Part shown: positions 17,518-27,494 of the stretch, one piece after another | How positions within the stretch are numbered: position 1 is the stretch's first letter | Layout of the letters: each line of letters starts with the position of its first letter | DNA from: an uncultured candidate division Zixibacteria bacterium | GTDB lineage: Bacteria; Zixibacteria; MSB-5A5; RBG-16-43-9 | DNA length: 64,000 nucleotides | Assembly (NCBI GenBank): GCA_963713865.1 | Contig: OY970208.1 | Coordinates: forward strand, 1,824,001-1,888,000 | Reading direction: 5' to 3' | Program-made: the position numbers and the translations under genes | The notes under the pieces: model-generated | Databases searched by the model: none | The model's input: the letters and a program-made list of their open reading frames with translations, nothing else | Told to the model about the DNA's origin: nothing

Positions 17518-18657
17518 ATGAGTTGGAAAATTCCCCTATTTGATCTGGATTATAATCAAAAAGAAATCAATGCAGTTTTAAAAGTTCTAAGAAGAAGATG
17601 GCTTACCATGGGGGAAAGGGTGGAGGAGTTTGAAAATAAGTTTGCAGAATTTCTGAAAGCCAGATATGCAATTGCACTTTCCAGCGGGACGGCAGCTTTA
17701 CATTTAGCCTTGAAATCTCTGGGAATTAAAGAAAGAGATGAGGTCCTGGTTCCGGTTATAACCTTTGTAGCCAGTGCCAACGCAGTATTATATTGTGGAG
17801 CAAAACCTGTTTTTGTTGATTCTACAAGTTTAGAGGATTTTAATATTTCAATTACAGATCTGGAAAAAAAGACAAGCTCGAAAACCAGAGGGGTAGTTGT
17901 GGTTCATTACGGTGGATTTTTAGCTGATATGGAGAAAATAAACCGGCTGGCAAAAAAATACGATCTTTTTGTGATCGAAGACTCGGCTCATTCTATTGGC
18001 ACTAAATACGGATCAAAAATGGCAGGAACTTTTGGAGATGCAGGCTGTTACAGCTTTTTCTCCAATAAGAATTTAGCCACTGGTGAAGGAGGGATGATAG
18101 TCACCCCTGACCGGAAATTAGCCCAGAAGATCAAACTGCTAAGAACTCATGGAATGACCAGGTCGACCTGGGAGAGGTTTGAATCAAATTCATCTGGCTA
18201 TGATATTATAGAGCTGGGTTATAATTATAGAATGACCGAGATTAGTGCGGTCTTGGGTTTAGAACAATTGAAAAAGCTTGAGCGTAATAACTATAAAAGA
18301 AGATTACTTACTCAGATTTATATTAAATATTTAGGTGAAATCCAAGAAATCTCCATTCCCTTCAAAAACCATCCTGGAGATTCCAGCCATCATCTTTTTC
18401 CGATGCTTTTGGATAAGAACACCGGACGGGAAGAGTTTATGCGTAAGCTGGAGCAGAAAGGAATACAGACCAGCATCCACTATCAACCTGTTCATAAGTT
18501 CTCCTATTACCGAAAGAATTTTCCGCAGAAATCCGGAACGCTCTCCATCAGCGAAGAGATTGGAAAAAGGGAGGTAAGCCTGCCTTTACATCCGCAAATG
18601 AGCGAAGATGATGTCGTTTTTATCTGCCAGCAGATTAAAAAGATATTAAGTAGATAA
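17518..18657 (+). CDS. DegT/DnrJ/EryC1/StrS sugar aminotransferase
   Basis: SSGTAALH, IEDSAH, SFFSNKNLATGEGG, GYNYRM. Confidence 0.93.
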   Translation: MSWKIPLFDLDYNQKEINAVLKVLRRRWLTMGERVEEFENKFAEFLKARYAIALSSGTAALHLALKSLGIKERDEVLVPVITFVASANAVLYCGAKPVFVDSTSLEDFNISITDLEKKTSSKTRGVVVVHYGGFLADMEKINRLAKKYDLFVIEDSAHSIGTKYGSKMAGTFGDAGCYSFFSNKNLATGEGGMIVTPDRKLAQKIKLLRTHGMTRSTWERFESNSSGYDIIELGYNYRMTEISAVLGLEQLKKLERNNYKRRLLTQIYIKYLGEIQEISIPFKNHPGDSSHHLFPMLLDKNTGREEFMRKLEQKGIQTSIHYQPVHKFSYYRKNFPQKSGTLSISEEIGKREVSLPLHPQMSEDDVVFICQQIKKILSR

Positions 18658-18677
18658 ACTGACTTTATAACCGATAA
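18651..18677 (+). promoter_or_regulatory. Possible sigma28-like promoter of pilD (leaderless?)
   Basis: TAGA-N15-ACCGATAA ending 7 nt before ATG 18685; no RBS visible. Confidence 0.4.
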
Positions 18678-18684
18678 AATAAAT

Positions 18685-19464
18685 ATGAATATTTTTATCG
18701 GAATTATTATTTTCATTTTCGGTCTGGCCATAGGCAGTTTCTTGAATGTCTGTATCTACCGTATTCCTTTGAGAAAATCAATAATTTTCCCCGCTTCTCA
18801 TTGTCCCAAATGCGGAAATAAAATCAGAGCTTTTGATAACATTCCGGTTTTGAGTTATCTCATCTTAAAAGGTAAGTGCCGATATTGCAAAGAGAAAATC
18901 TCATTTATTTACCCGGTGGTTGAGCTTCTGAGCGGGCTTTTATTCCTTTCACTTTACTTAAGATATGGATTAAGCTGGGAATTTGCTTCTAAAATATTTT
19001 TATTCACCAGCCTTCTGGTAATCTTTTTTATTGACTTAAAATATCAATTGATTCCTGATGTCATTACGCTACCGGGTATAGTTATTGGCTTTATATTCTC
19101 ACTTTTGGCACAATCACCCCCTTTTCTTGAATCCCTAATTGGCTTTTTTGCTGGTGGTGGAATTTTATATTTGATTGCTATCTTTGGAGATAAAATATTT
19201 AAGAAGGAAAGTATGGGGGGTGGAGATATTAAACTGGCAGCTATGCTTGGCACTTTTTTAGGCTGGAAGATGGTTTTGCTGGTTATTTTCTTGGCATCTT
19301 TTTTAGGGGCTATAGTCGGGATAACATATATAATATTTTCAAAACAGAGGAGAGGAAATAGGTTGATCCCTTTTGGACCTTTTCTGGCGATATCAACTCT
19401 GATTGCAGTTTTCTTAGGCAGCCAAATAGTTGAGCTTTACTTCGGGTTATTCTCTCGTATGTAG
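18685..19464 (+). CDS. pilD: Prepilin peptidase / N-methyltransferase
   Basis: GSFLNVCIYRIP, CPKC and CRYC zinc motifs, MGGGDIKL, IPFGPFL. Confidence 0.96.
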   Translation: MNIFIGIIIFIFGLAIGSFLNVCIYRIPLRKSIIFPASHCPKCGNKIRAFDNIPVLSYLILKGKCRYCKEKISFIYPVVELLSGLLFLSLYLRYGLSWEFASKIFLFTSLLVIFFIDLKYQLIPDVITLPGIVIGFIFSLLAQSPPFLESLIGFFAGGGILYLIAIFGDKIFKKESMGGGDIKLAAMLGTFLGWKMVLLVIFLASFLGAIVGITYIIFSKQRRGNRLIPFGPFLAISTLIAVFLGSQIVELYFGLFSRM

Positions 19465-19494
19465 GAATCTTCAAAACCTCTCTCTATTAAAAAC

Positions 19495-19522
19495 TAAATC
19501 CGTTTTTTAGATGTGCCGATAA
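19495..19522 (+). promoter_or_regulatory. Sigma28-like promoter upstream of the pilS-like gene
   Basis: TAAA-N16-GCCGATAA. Confidence 0.65.
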
Positions 19523-19551
19523 AAGAAATGTCCTTAATTATCAAAGATGAC

Positions 19552-21435
19552 ATGAAGAAATATTTCAGGTTTAACTACGAATCAGAGATCAGGCTCTCGC
19601 TTTTGTTGTTAATCCTGTTTTTTGTTTTGATTAACTATGGAGTAGCATATCTTCTGGATCTGTCTAAAAGCGGGTGGAAGGAGGAGTCCCTTCAGAGCCT
19701 CAAAGGAATAGCTTATTCTGCCAGTCAGCTTTACCAGAATACTGCTGGGGGAAAAGAGTTGAATTCCGAATTTAGAAATCTAACTTATCTCTGGGGGATC
19801 AAAAGGGTCGAGGTCATTGATTTGAATGGGAATGTCATCGCTTCTTCAGCCGATCGAGTCGAAAAAGGAGGCGATTCGCCGGCCTCTTCTTCGTTAAGCC
19901 GCTTCCGGTCTCAGCTATTTAAAGGTAATAGTTTCCTCTCAGATGTATATCCAGGCTTAGAGGGTGGAAATTACCAGAGCTACTTTTATTCTTTCATAGA
20001 CAAGAAAACTCAAAATACTTTTTTGGCTAGAGCAGAAAAAGAAGTAACTGAACTTTCCCGGATTGAACAAATATCCAAATACGAAGGTTGGGTTATAGGA
20101 TTGGGGATTATCGGAGTTCTGTTTCTGTCATTTTTCCTTTTTAAGAATATCTTCTCTCCGTATCAGAAGATGAAAAGGAAGGCGGAAGAGGAGAATATTC
20201 TTTCTCCTTCAACCCCGAAGGAAGATGTGGAAGTGGTGGTAGAAGTATTTCAGAAGGTTATAGCGGATCTTAAAGAAAAAGAGAGTAAACTGCAGGAACT
20301 CTATGTTCAAACGAATAACAAGGCTAAAGATTTAGAAAGGTATAATGAATACATACTCAAAAGCATAAACAACGGGGTGATAATCTGCGACAACCAGGGG
20401 AGGATAACCGGATTTAATCAAGCCGCTCAAAGGCTTCTCGGCTCATCTTTTAAATTGAGCTTAAATCTTCATTACAAAGAGGTCCTGGGTAAGAACACCT
20501 CGATTTCCAATATGTTAGAGGATATCGTGGTAAAGAAGAATTTAGCCCATGAAGTTGAAATAAATATTAAAGGGGGCAGGGAGGGAGACAGGTTTTTAAT
20601 GGCCGATAGTGCTCTTTTACGGGACGAAAATGAAAATATAATCGGCCTGGTATTAGTTTTGACTGATCTAACTGAGCTTAAAAAGATTCAGCAGGAGATG
20701 GCTTTCAAACAGAAAATGGCTACCCTGGGAGAGATCTCGGCCGGGCTGGCTCACGAGTTAAGAAACTCTATGGGAGCACTGCTGGGTTACAGCAAGATGC
20801 TAAAAAAAGGATTCAAAGTGAATAACCCTGCTTATCCCGTGGTTGAAAGCATCATAACGGAATCCCTGACCATAGAAAATCTTCTGCAGAGATTTTTGGA
20901 TTTTGCCAAACCCCTGGAGGTAAAGTGGGTAAAGTTTGACCTTGGCGAAGTGATTCAGGATTGCATTAAGATAGCTAGGGGAAAAAGACCGGATATGAAA
21001 ATTTCATTAACAACCGAAGAAAAAATTCCCCTTCTCCCGGGAGATCCATTCCTTTTAAGACAGGCTTTCCAAAACCTGATTCAGAATTCGATCGATGCTC
21101 TTAAAGATAGAGGTGAAATTAAGATTATCCTTCAAGTATTGAAGGATAATGGAAAACCCTGGCTTAAAATAATGGTTGAAGATAATGGCTGTGGAATCCC
21201 GGAGGATAATCTAGGACAGATATTTAATCCCTTCTTTACCTCCAAAGAGAAGGGGATAGGTTTAGGATTGAGCCTGGTAAAGAAAATAATCGATTTACAT
21301 AAAGGTGAAATCGAGGTTAAAAGTGAACTGGGGAAAGGAACGGTTTTTGCGTTACTTCTTCCTTTAACGGAGCCTCAATTGAAATCTAAAGAGAAAAATG
21401 ATTTAAAGCTTGAATCTGTTAGAATCCCTGCTTGA
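19552..21435 (+). CDS. Membrane PAS histidine kinase (PilS/NtrB-like)
   Basis: Two TM helices, PAS, AHELRN H-box, NLIQNS, DNGCG, PFFTSK, GIGLGL; start moved from GTG 19513, which overlaps the promoter, to ATG 19552. Confidence 0.9.
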   Translation: MKKYFRFNYESEIRLSLLLLILFFVLINYGVAYLLDLSKSGWKEESLQSLKGIAYSASQLYQNTAGGKELNSEFRNLTYLWGIKRVEVIDLNGNVIASSADRVEKGGDSPASSSLSRFRSQLFKGNSFLSDVYPGLEGGNYQSYFYSFIDKKTQNTFLARAEKEVTELSRIEQISKYEGWVIGLGIIGVLFLSFFLFKNIFSPYQKMKRKAEEENILSPSTPKEDVEVVVEVFQKVIADLKEKESKLQELYVQTNNKAKDLERYNEYILKSINNGVIICDNQGRITGFNQAAQRLLGSSFKLSLNLHYKEVLGKNTSISNMLEDIVVKKNLAHEVEINIKGGREGDRFLMADSALLRDENENIIGLVLVLTDLTELKKIQQEMAFKQKMATLGEISAGLAHELRNSMGALLGYSKMLKKGFKVNNPAYPVVESIITESLTIENLLQRFLDFAKPLEVKWVKFDLGEVIQDCIKIARGKRPDMKISLTTEEKIPLLPGDPFLLRQAFQNLIQNSIDALKDRGEIKIILQVLKDNGKPWLKIMVEDNGCGIPEDNLGQIFNPFFTSKEKGIGLGLSLVKKIIDLHKGEIEVKSELGKGTVFALLLPLTEPQLKSKEKNDLKLESVRIPA

Positions 21436-21540
21436 TCGTTATTTAAATTCCCACAATCAACTCTTCTTATTTAATTTCTCTTGTCTTAATATTTTTTTGT
21501 TAGTATTATACTTTAAGTTGTTTTTTATGGTTAAATTGAG

Positions 21541-22665
21541 ATGCGAATAATTCATCTATCAGATACCCATTTAGGAGCGGGAGGAGTTAGCCGTAAGGTT
21601 TCGCCTTCTGGAATAAATCAAAGGGAAGAAGATATTTGTAATTCTTTCATCGGGGCGCTCGATCAAATTATTGAAATCAAACCAGATCTGGTTATCCATT
21701 CTGGCGATTTGTTTAACTCGGTCCGGCCTACTAACCGCATTATAAATTTAGCCATCAGACAGCTTTTACGCCTGACTTCTATCTCCATTCCGGTAATAAT
21801 CATCTCCGGAAACCATGATACACCTAAACAGAGAGAGATAGGTTCGATCTTTTCTTTCTTCGAGGTTTTCCCGGGTTTGAGATTGGTCTATCAGGACAGA
21901 TACGAGAAGATTAGGATAAAAGACTTAGCAGTGCATTCGGTTCCGCATTGTCTTTCACCAGCTACTTTTCAGTCAGAGCTTGAGAAAATAGAGATAGACA
22001 GGGAGACTCGCTTCAATGTCTTGACACTACACGGTGTAGTCTCCGGCATAAAGGAATTCTCCATGGGAGAACTTGCAGAATTAGAAATACCTTCCTCTCT
22101 ATTTAAAAAAGGGTTTGATTATGTTGCCTTGGGTCATTATCATCGATATACTCAGGTTGAAGAAAATGTCTATTACGCTGGTTCAACTGAGAGGATTACC
22201 ATGGCGGAATTAGGTCAGGAAAAAGGGTTCGTAGCAGTAGATTTACCTTTGAAAGAAACAAGATTTCATATTGTTCCAACCCGTCCAATGGTTGAGCTCC
22301 CTGATATAAATGCAGAGGGAAAAGATCACGAGCAGATTATAGAGGAGATAGAAAACTTGCTTGAGACAAATGAAATTAAGGATAAAATAGTTCGTTTAAA
22401 AATTGCTCAGATCCCTGCCTACGTCTATAATTCTCTGAATTTCAGAAAACTATCTGAGCTCAAAGCTCAGGCTTTTTATTTAGATTTAAAATTTGAAAAG
22501 AAAGAGGAGAAAGAAACGGATTTCTCAACCCAAACCAGCATAGGTAAATTAACTGAGGAGTTTAACCAGTATCTTAAGGGATATATCGTCGAAGATTTAA
22601 AAAGAGAAAAGCTCCAGGAATTAGGTTTAAAATATTTATCCGAGAAAAGAGGAGAAGAGGAATAA
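21541..22665 (+). CDS. sbcD: SbcD/Mre11 nuclease
   Basis: SDTHLG, GDLF, GNHD, LGHYH, YAGS motifs. Confidence 0.92.
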   Translation: MRIIHLSDTHLGAGGVSRKVSPSGINQREEDICNSFIGALDQIIEIKPDLVIHSGDLFNSVRPTNRIINLAIRQLLRLTSISIPVIIISGNHDTPKQREIGSIFSFFEVFPGLRLVYQDRYEKIRIKDLAVHSVPHCLSPATFQSELEKIEIDRETRFNVLTLHGVVSGIKEFSMGELAELEIPSSLFKKGFDYVALGHYHRYTQVEENVYYAGSTERITMAELGQEKGFVAVDLPLKETRFHIVPTRPMVELPDINAEGKDHEQIIEEIENLLETNEIKDKIVRLKIAQIPAYVYNSLNFRKLSELKAQAFYLDLKFEKKEEKETDFSTQTSIGKLTEEFNQYLKGYIVEDLKREKLQELGLKYLSEKRGEEE

Positions 22666-22666
22666 G

Positions 22667-22715
22667 AAGTCTAAAAGCTTAAGACTTTAGACTATAGCCT
22701 CAAGACTATAGACTG
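22667..22715 (+). repeat. Heptamer tandem repeat (AAGACTA/TAGACTA type)
   Basis: aagtcta aaagctt aagactt tagacta tagcctc aagacta tagactg fills the sbcD-sbcC gap. Confidence 0.7.
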
Positions 22716-22717
22716 TT

Positions 22718-25111
22718 ATGTATTTGCAATCGATTCAATTGGAAAATTATAGACGTTTTAAATCTGTCCAGACCGATTTCCCGGATGGGATAGTAGGTAT
22801 AATCGGGACCAATGGCGCCGGGAAATCGACCCTGATGGAAGCTATTGCCTGGACTTTATATGGAAATGAGGCTGCCCGCACTGGAAAAGATGAGATAAAA
22901 AGGTTAAATGCAAAACCTCAAGAGGTTAGCCGGGTTATTCTGGATTTCGAACTTCAGGGCGAAAACTATCGGGTAGTTAGAGAATTAAAAGGTGCTTCCA
23001 ATCAACAAGATTCTTCAGTCTTAATTAACGGTAAGGTAGTGGCAAGGGGAGTAACTCCGGTCAATGATTTTATCGAAAAAACCCTGGATATGGATTACAG
23101 AGCTTTTGTCACCTCTTTCTATGCGCCTCAGAAAGAATTAAACATTCTATCCGATTTTCCACCCTATAAGCGCAAGGAGATCTTAGCCCGAATGTTAGGG
23201 ATAGAAAGAATTGACTCGGCGTTGAAGAACTTACGCATCGATATTAGGGAGATAAAGTTAAGGGTTGAGGTCAACGAAACACATCTGAAAGATATAAATG
23301 AGCTAATTAACAAGAAAAAAGATCTTGCAGAAGAACTCAAGAATTTCTCTAATATCATAAATGAAGAGGAAAAGAGTTTTCAGGTGGAAGAGATTAGTTT
23401 GAAGGCAATTGAAGAAGAACTTAAAAAGAAAAAGGGGGAGTCGGAAGTTTTCAATAAATTTAAAAACGACCTTACGGTCAAACAGGCTTTATCAGCCGAA
23501 CTTATTATTCAGATAACCAAGGGCAAAAAAGAAATTGAGACATTTGAAAATCTCACCCCAGAATTGGATGAGCTTGAAAAAGAAGTGAAAGCTTACCCTC
23601 AGGTTAAAGAAGATTTTATGTTATATGAAGGTCTTAAGCTAAAGGCTGAACAGAAAATAAATATTCTAATTCAGGTAGAAAACATTCTCCAATCCATAGA
23701 TAAAGACAAGAAAAGAATTGAAACTTTAGAACTAACCAGAATTGATTTAGAGAAGAAAAATAAAACTTCAGATGAGTTAAAAATTAAATCTCTGGAGATT
23801 GAACAGCAATTAGAAAAAACCAGGTCGGAATTCGTTCAGGTTCAATCTGTTTATAAGGTAAGCTCAGAAGAACAAAAAAAGGTTCAAACCCAGCTTGAAG
23901 GCATAGACAAATTGGGACCGGATTCTATATGCGACCGTTGCTTAAGACCAATGGGAGCAGATTACCCCAAAATTAAAAATCACCTTAACTTAGACCTAGA
24001 GAAAATAAAGAATAATTTAGGTTCAATCCTGGACGAGCGAAAGAGAATAGAAGATAAGGGGAAGGAGCTTAAAAAAGGGAAAATGAACTTGGAGGAAAAT
24101 ATAGGTAGGTTGCAAAAAGAGATAGAACAACTTTTGAAAGAAAAAGGTGAACAGGAAACCTTAAAGAAAAGCCTTTTGGACAAGGAAAATAATCTTTCGT
24201 TCTTACAGGAAAATTTAAATAAACTGGGTGAATTTAATTACGATGCTGCAGTTCATTTAGAATTGAAAACAAATATGGAAAGGTTAGAGGTACTCAGAGA
24301 AAAATATCTGGCGTTAAATCAAGAAAGGAATAAACTCCCTCAACTAAAACAGAACCTGGCTCAATTAGAAAATAAACTAACAGATCTTAATAGGGAGATT
24401 GAAACGCTTAAGGAGAAAATTAAGCTTCTCTCATATTCCGGGGAAGAGCTCAAAAGCGCTGAGAAGAGAGTGGAAGATAAAAGGTCAAAAGTCCATCAGT
24501 TAGAGCTGAATTTAAAGGACCTCTATTACCAGAAGGAGCTTTTTTCCCTGGAACTCGAGAAAATAGAGAAAGAGATAGAAGAAACCCAGAAACTTAAAGG
24601 AGAGCTTAAATCTTTGGGCGAGGATAAGCTTTATTTAGAAAAATTAGATGAAATCTTAGCAGGTTTTAAGGCTTCTTTGATCTCCAGAATCAGACCAGCT
24701 CTCTCAGTTTATGCCAAAGAACTCTTCTATGAATTGACTGACGGAAGGTATGAAGATTTAGAGCTAAACGAAGAGTATGAGATTTACATCTTCGATCAGG
24801 GGGAGAAATTCTCCGTTGAGCGTTTTTCCGGCGGTGAAAAAGATCTGGCGAACCTGTGTTTAAGGCTGGCGATCTCCCTTTTGATCTCTGAATCCAGCGG
24901 GGTGGAGTTCTCCTTTATAATTTTAGATGAGATCTTCGGGAGTCAGGATGATTCCCGTAAAGAAAACATCCTCAAAGGGCTGGCTAAACTGAAGAATAGA
25001 TTCAGGCAGATATTTTTAATCACCCATATAGATGACATCAAAGATTCAGTCGAAAATTTAATCACCGTTCTGGAAAATGAGGATGGCACCAGCCAAATCG
25101 TTCTCCAGTAA
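22718..25111 (+). CDS. sbcC: SbcC/Rad50 SMC-like ATPase
   Basis: GTNGAGKST, coiled coils, CDRC zinc hook, FSGGE signature, LDE, ITH. Confidence 0.93.
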   Translation: MYLQSIQLENYRRFKSVQTDFPDGIVGIIGTNGAGKSTLMEAIAWTLYGNEAARTGKDEIKRLNAKPQEVSRVILDFELQGENYRVVRELKGASNQQDSSVLINGKVVARGVTPVNDFIEKTLDMDYRAFVTSFYAPQKELNILSDFPPYKRKEILARMLGIERIDSALKNLRIDIREIKLRVEVNETHLKDINELINKKKDLAEELKNFSNIINEEEKSFQVEEISLKAIEEELKKKKGESEVFNKFKNDLTVKQALSAELIIQITKGKKEIETFENLTPELDELEKEVKAYPQVKEDFMLYEGLKLKAEQKINILIQVENILQSIDKDKKRIETLELTRIDLEKKNKTSDELKIKSLEIEQQLEKTRSEFVQVQSVYKVSSEEQKKVQTQLEGIDKLGPDSICDRCLRPMGADYPKIKNHLNLDLEKIKNNLGSILDERKRIEDKGKELKKGKMNLEENIGRLQKEIEQLLKEKGEQETLKKSLLDKENNLSFLQENLNKLGEFNYDAAVHLELKTNMERLEVLREKYLALNQERNKLPQLKQNLAQLENKLTDLNREIETLKEKIKLLSYSGEELKSAEKRVEDKRSKVHQLELNLKDLYYQKELFSLELEKIEKEIEETQKLKGELKSLGEDKLYLEKLDEILAGFKASLISRIRPALSVYAKELFYELTDGRYEDLELNEEYEIYIFDQGEKFSVERFSGGEKDLANLCLRLAISLLISESSGVEFSFIILDEIFGSQDDSRKENILKGLAKLKNRFRQIFLITHIDDIKDSVENLITVLENEDGTSQIVLQ

Positions 25112-25114
25112 AAA

Positions 25115-25135
25115 AGTAGACAGTAGATAGTAGAC
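25115..25135 (+). repeat. Heptamer tandem repeat (AGTAGAC)x3
   Basis: AGTAGAC AGTAGAT AGTAGAC just after the sbcC stop. Confidence 0.75.
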
Positions 25136-25245
25136 AGGATAAATCACCGTCGAAGGAAGTATCGTTGGTCTCTTGACCAATGGCAAGCAGGAGTTTATTC
25201 TTTGTAAAACTCTCTAATTGTTCATCTTTAATACAGCGATTACCC

Positions 25246-25271
25246 TCAAGGATTCACAGTTTTTCCGATAA
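25246..25271 (+). promoter_or_regulatory. Sigma28-like promoter upstream of the second NtrC regulator
   Basis: TCAA-N14-TCCGATAA. Confidence 0.5.
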
Positions 25272-25321
25272 TATAAATGATAATTCGAAGAAACGATTTT
25301 CACCTATAAAGAGGTAAACTT

Positions 25322-26683
25322 ATGCCCTCCATTCTTGTAATTGATGATAAAGAGAGCATGCGCCAGATGCTGGCTAAGACCTTGGAGTCAGAAGGATTTG
25401 AGGTTGATACTGCCAGGGATGGAGAAGGGGGATTGGATAAAGCCAAAGAAAAAAGATTCGATTTAATCCTGACAGATTTAAAACTACCCAAGATGGATGG
25501 TTTGGAGGTTTTGTCTTCTATAAAAGATTTAGATCCAGAGGTAGCGGTTATAGTAATGACTGCTTATGGAACTATTGAGACTGCGGTTCAAGCCATAAAG
25601 CAGGGTGCCTTTGATTTCTTGACCAAACCTTTTGATGTAGATCACCTGTATGTCCTGATTCAAAGAGCCTTAGAAAATCGACGACTTCTTGCAGAGAATG
25701 TTCTTTTAAGGGAGGAACTTGCTCACAACTTAGGTTTTACTGAAATAATCGGTAAATCCGAAAAGATGAAAGAGGTAACCAGACTTGTAAAGAAGGTAGC
25801 TTATAGTGATACCACAGTATTACTCTTAGGCGAAAGTGGTACCGGCAAAGAACTTTTTGCCAGGGCAATTCACAGCCTGAGCCCTCGAAAAAGTGGACCT
25901 TATGTGGCAATAAATTGTGCAGCAATTCCCAGAGAGTTGCTGGAGAATGAACTTTTTGGTTCAGAAAGAGGAGCATACACTGGAGCAGTTACCAGAAAGA
26001 TGGGTAAATTCGAAATAGCTGAAAAAGGAACGATCTTTTTGGACGAGATAGGGGATTTGGATATCGCTCTTCAGGCTAAGATTTTAAGGGTACTACAGGA
26101 AAAAAGATTTGAGAGATTAGGCGGGACAAAGACTATAAATATAGATGTGCGGGTGATTGCTGCTTCCAATTTTGACCTTAAAAAAGCAATCGAGAAAAAG
26201 AATTTTAGAGAAGACCTTTATTATAGATTATCTGTTTTCCCAATTCATATTCCTCCTTTAAGGGAAAGAAGGGAGGATATACCGGAATTGGCTGATTTTT
26301 TTATCCGTAAATATTGTTTAGAGATGAAAAAGGAAAAAAGGGCTCTTTCCAAAGAAGCTTTAAGCCTGATGGATAAATACCACTGGCCCGGAAATGTGCG
26401 TGAGTTAGAAAATACCATTGAAAGGGCGATTATCTTATGTGAAGGTAAAAAGATTATGCCTGAACACTTAGCTATAAGGCTCCCTTCAAATTCAGAGATA
26501 AGATTAAGAGAAGGGGCTGGCTTGAAAGAGGTGAGCCAATATGCTCAGGCAGAGGCTGAAAAAGCGATGATTTTAAGAGTGTTAAACCAGACCAGGGGGA
26601 ATAAAAGAAAGACCGCAGAGATTCTGAAGATAGATTATACTACGTTATTTGAGAAGATTAAGAAGTATAATATCGATGCCTGA
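25322..26683 (+). CDS. Sigma54-dependent response regulator (NtrC family)
   Basis: Receiver domain, GESGTGKE, GAYTGA, WPGNVREL, HTH. Confidence 0.93.
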   Translation: MPSILVIDDKESMRQMLAKTLESEGFEVDTARDGEGGLDKAKEKRFDLILTDLKLPKMDGLEVLSSIKDLDPEVAVIVMTAYGTIETAVQAIKQGAFDFLTKPFDVDHLYVLIQRALENRRLLAENVLLREELAHNLGFTEIIGKSEKMKEVTRLVKKVAYSDTTVLLLGESGTGKELFARAIHSLSPRKSGPYVAINCAAIPRELLENELFGSERGAYTGAVTRKMGKFEIAEKGTIFLDEIGDLDIALQAKILRVLQEKRFERLGGTKTINIDVRVIAASNFDLKKAIEKKNFREDLYYRLSVFPIHIPPLRERREDIPELADFFIRKYCLEMKKEKRALSKEALSLMDKYHWPGNVRELENTIERAIILCEGKKIMPEHLAIRLPSNSEIRLREGAGLKEVSQYAQAEAEKAMILRVLNQTRGNKRKTAEILKIDYTTLFEKIKKYNIDA

Positions 26684-26692
26684 GTCAAAGAA

Positions 26693-26720
26693 AGTAGGTA
26701 GTAGACAGTAAACAGAATAC
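26693..26720 (+). repeat. Heptamer tandem repeat (AGTAGAC type)x4
   Basis: AGTAGGT AGTAGAC AGTAAAC AGAATAC. Confidence 0.7.
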
Positions 26721-26733
26721 AGGTTAAAAAAAG

Positions 26734-26778
26734 AATGTAGCGGAAAACCATCAAGGTCTTGAGACTTCAGCCTTCCAT
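26734..26778 (+). repeat. Long-loop variant of the RAYT-associated REP
   Basis: aatgtagcggaaa-accatcaaggtcttgagac-ttcagccttccat. Confidence 0.8.
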
Positions 26779-26791
26779 ACTTGCCAGAAAG

Positions 26792-27364
26792 TTAAAATCC
26801 ATCCTCTGCCCCCTCTTTTGCTTTCTGTTTAACCTGCTCTTCCATTTGTTTCTTGATCTCAACAGAAGTCATCTTGAATATAGCTAAGTCTGCTTCCTGG
26901 TGTCCAACCAAGAGACCTACAATTCCTTTACGTCTTTCAGCCTCCACGTTATTAAAAACTAGATTTAAGTTAGCTATAGTTCCATTCCAAATATATTCTT
27001 CAATATCTTTATCTGGCTTATTTCCTTCACCGAATTGCGCAAATACTAAATCTTTTAGTGCTGTCCAATTTTTTTCTCCTTGCGTCCAAATCTCCACCTC
27101 GTAGAATTTGTTGTGCCAAAAACCATATTTGATTAGAAAGAGCTTGACATCCCCTAACTTCAAAACCTCTTCTTTCTTTTTATAATACTCTATTCCACCA
27201 TATCTCTTTACCGTCTCAAAATGTTTTAAAGTCGGGAAGGAATCCAGGGGCGTTCCCCACTTCATTCCCCTGAAGCTATTTGGCTCATTTTCATAGGCAA
27301 AGGAGGTATCGCACAGGCTCAAAATTGAGCACACTAACAAACTAAAGAATAAAATCTTTCTCAT
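26792..27364 (-). CDS. Secreted hypothetical protein
   Basis: Signal peptide ending SFA; F-R-G-x-K-W-G motif; purine-rich RBS before ATG 27364. Confidence 0.75.
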   Translation of the reverse strand: MRKILFFSLLVCSILSLCDTSFAYENEPNSFRGMKWGTPLDSFPTLKHFETVKRYGGIEYYKKKEEVLKLGDVKLFLIKYGFWHNKFYEVEIWTQGEKNWTALKDLVFAQFGEGNKPDKDIEEYIWNGTIANLNLVFNNVEAERRKGIVGLLVGHQEADLAIFKMTSVEIKKQMEEQVKQKAKEGAEDGF

Positions 27365-27494
27365 TTTTCTCACCCCTTTCACTTAAAGTTTACTCTGTTC
27401 ATTTGTTTATTTTATTAGGTTCTCTTAAAATAACTCAGATGTAGGAGAATAACAATGGTTCTGTAGCCTTTATATTTTTCTCCTTGTTTGATTG

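Noticed and set aside
21541-25111. Anti-phage SMC system (Wadjet/Lamassu)
   Set aside because: Canonical SbcD nuclease plus zinc-hook SbcC, with no jet or lmu partner genes
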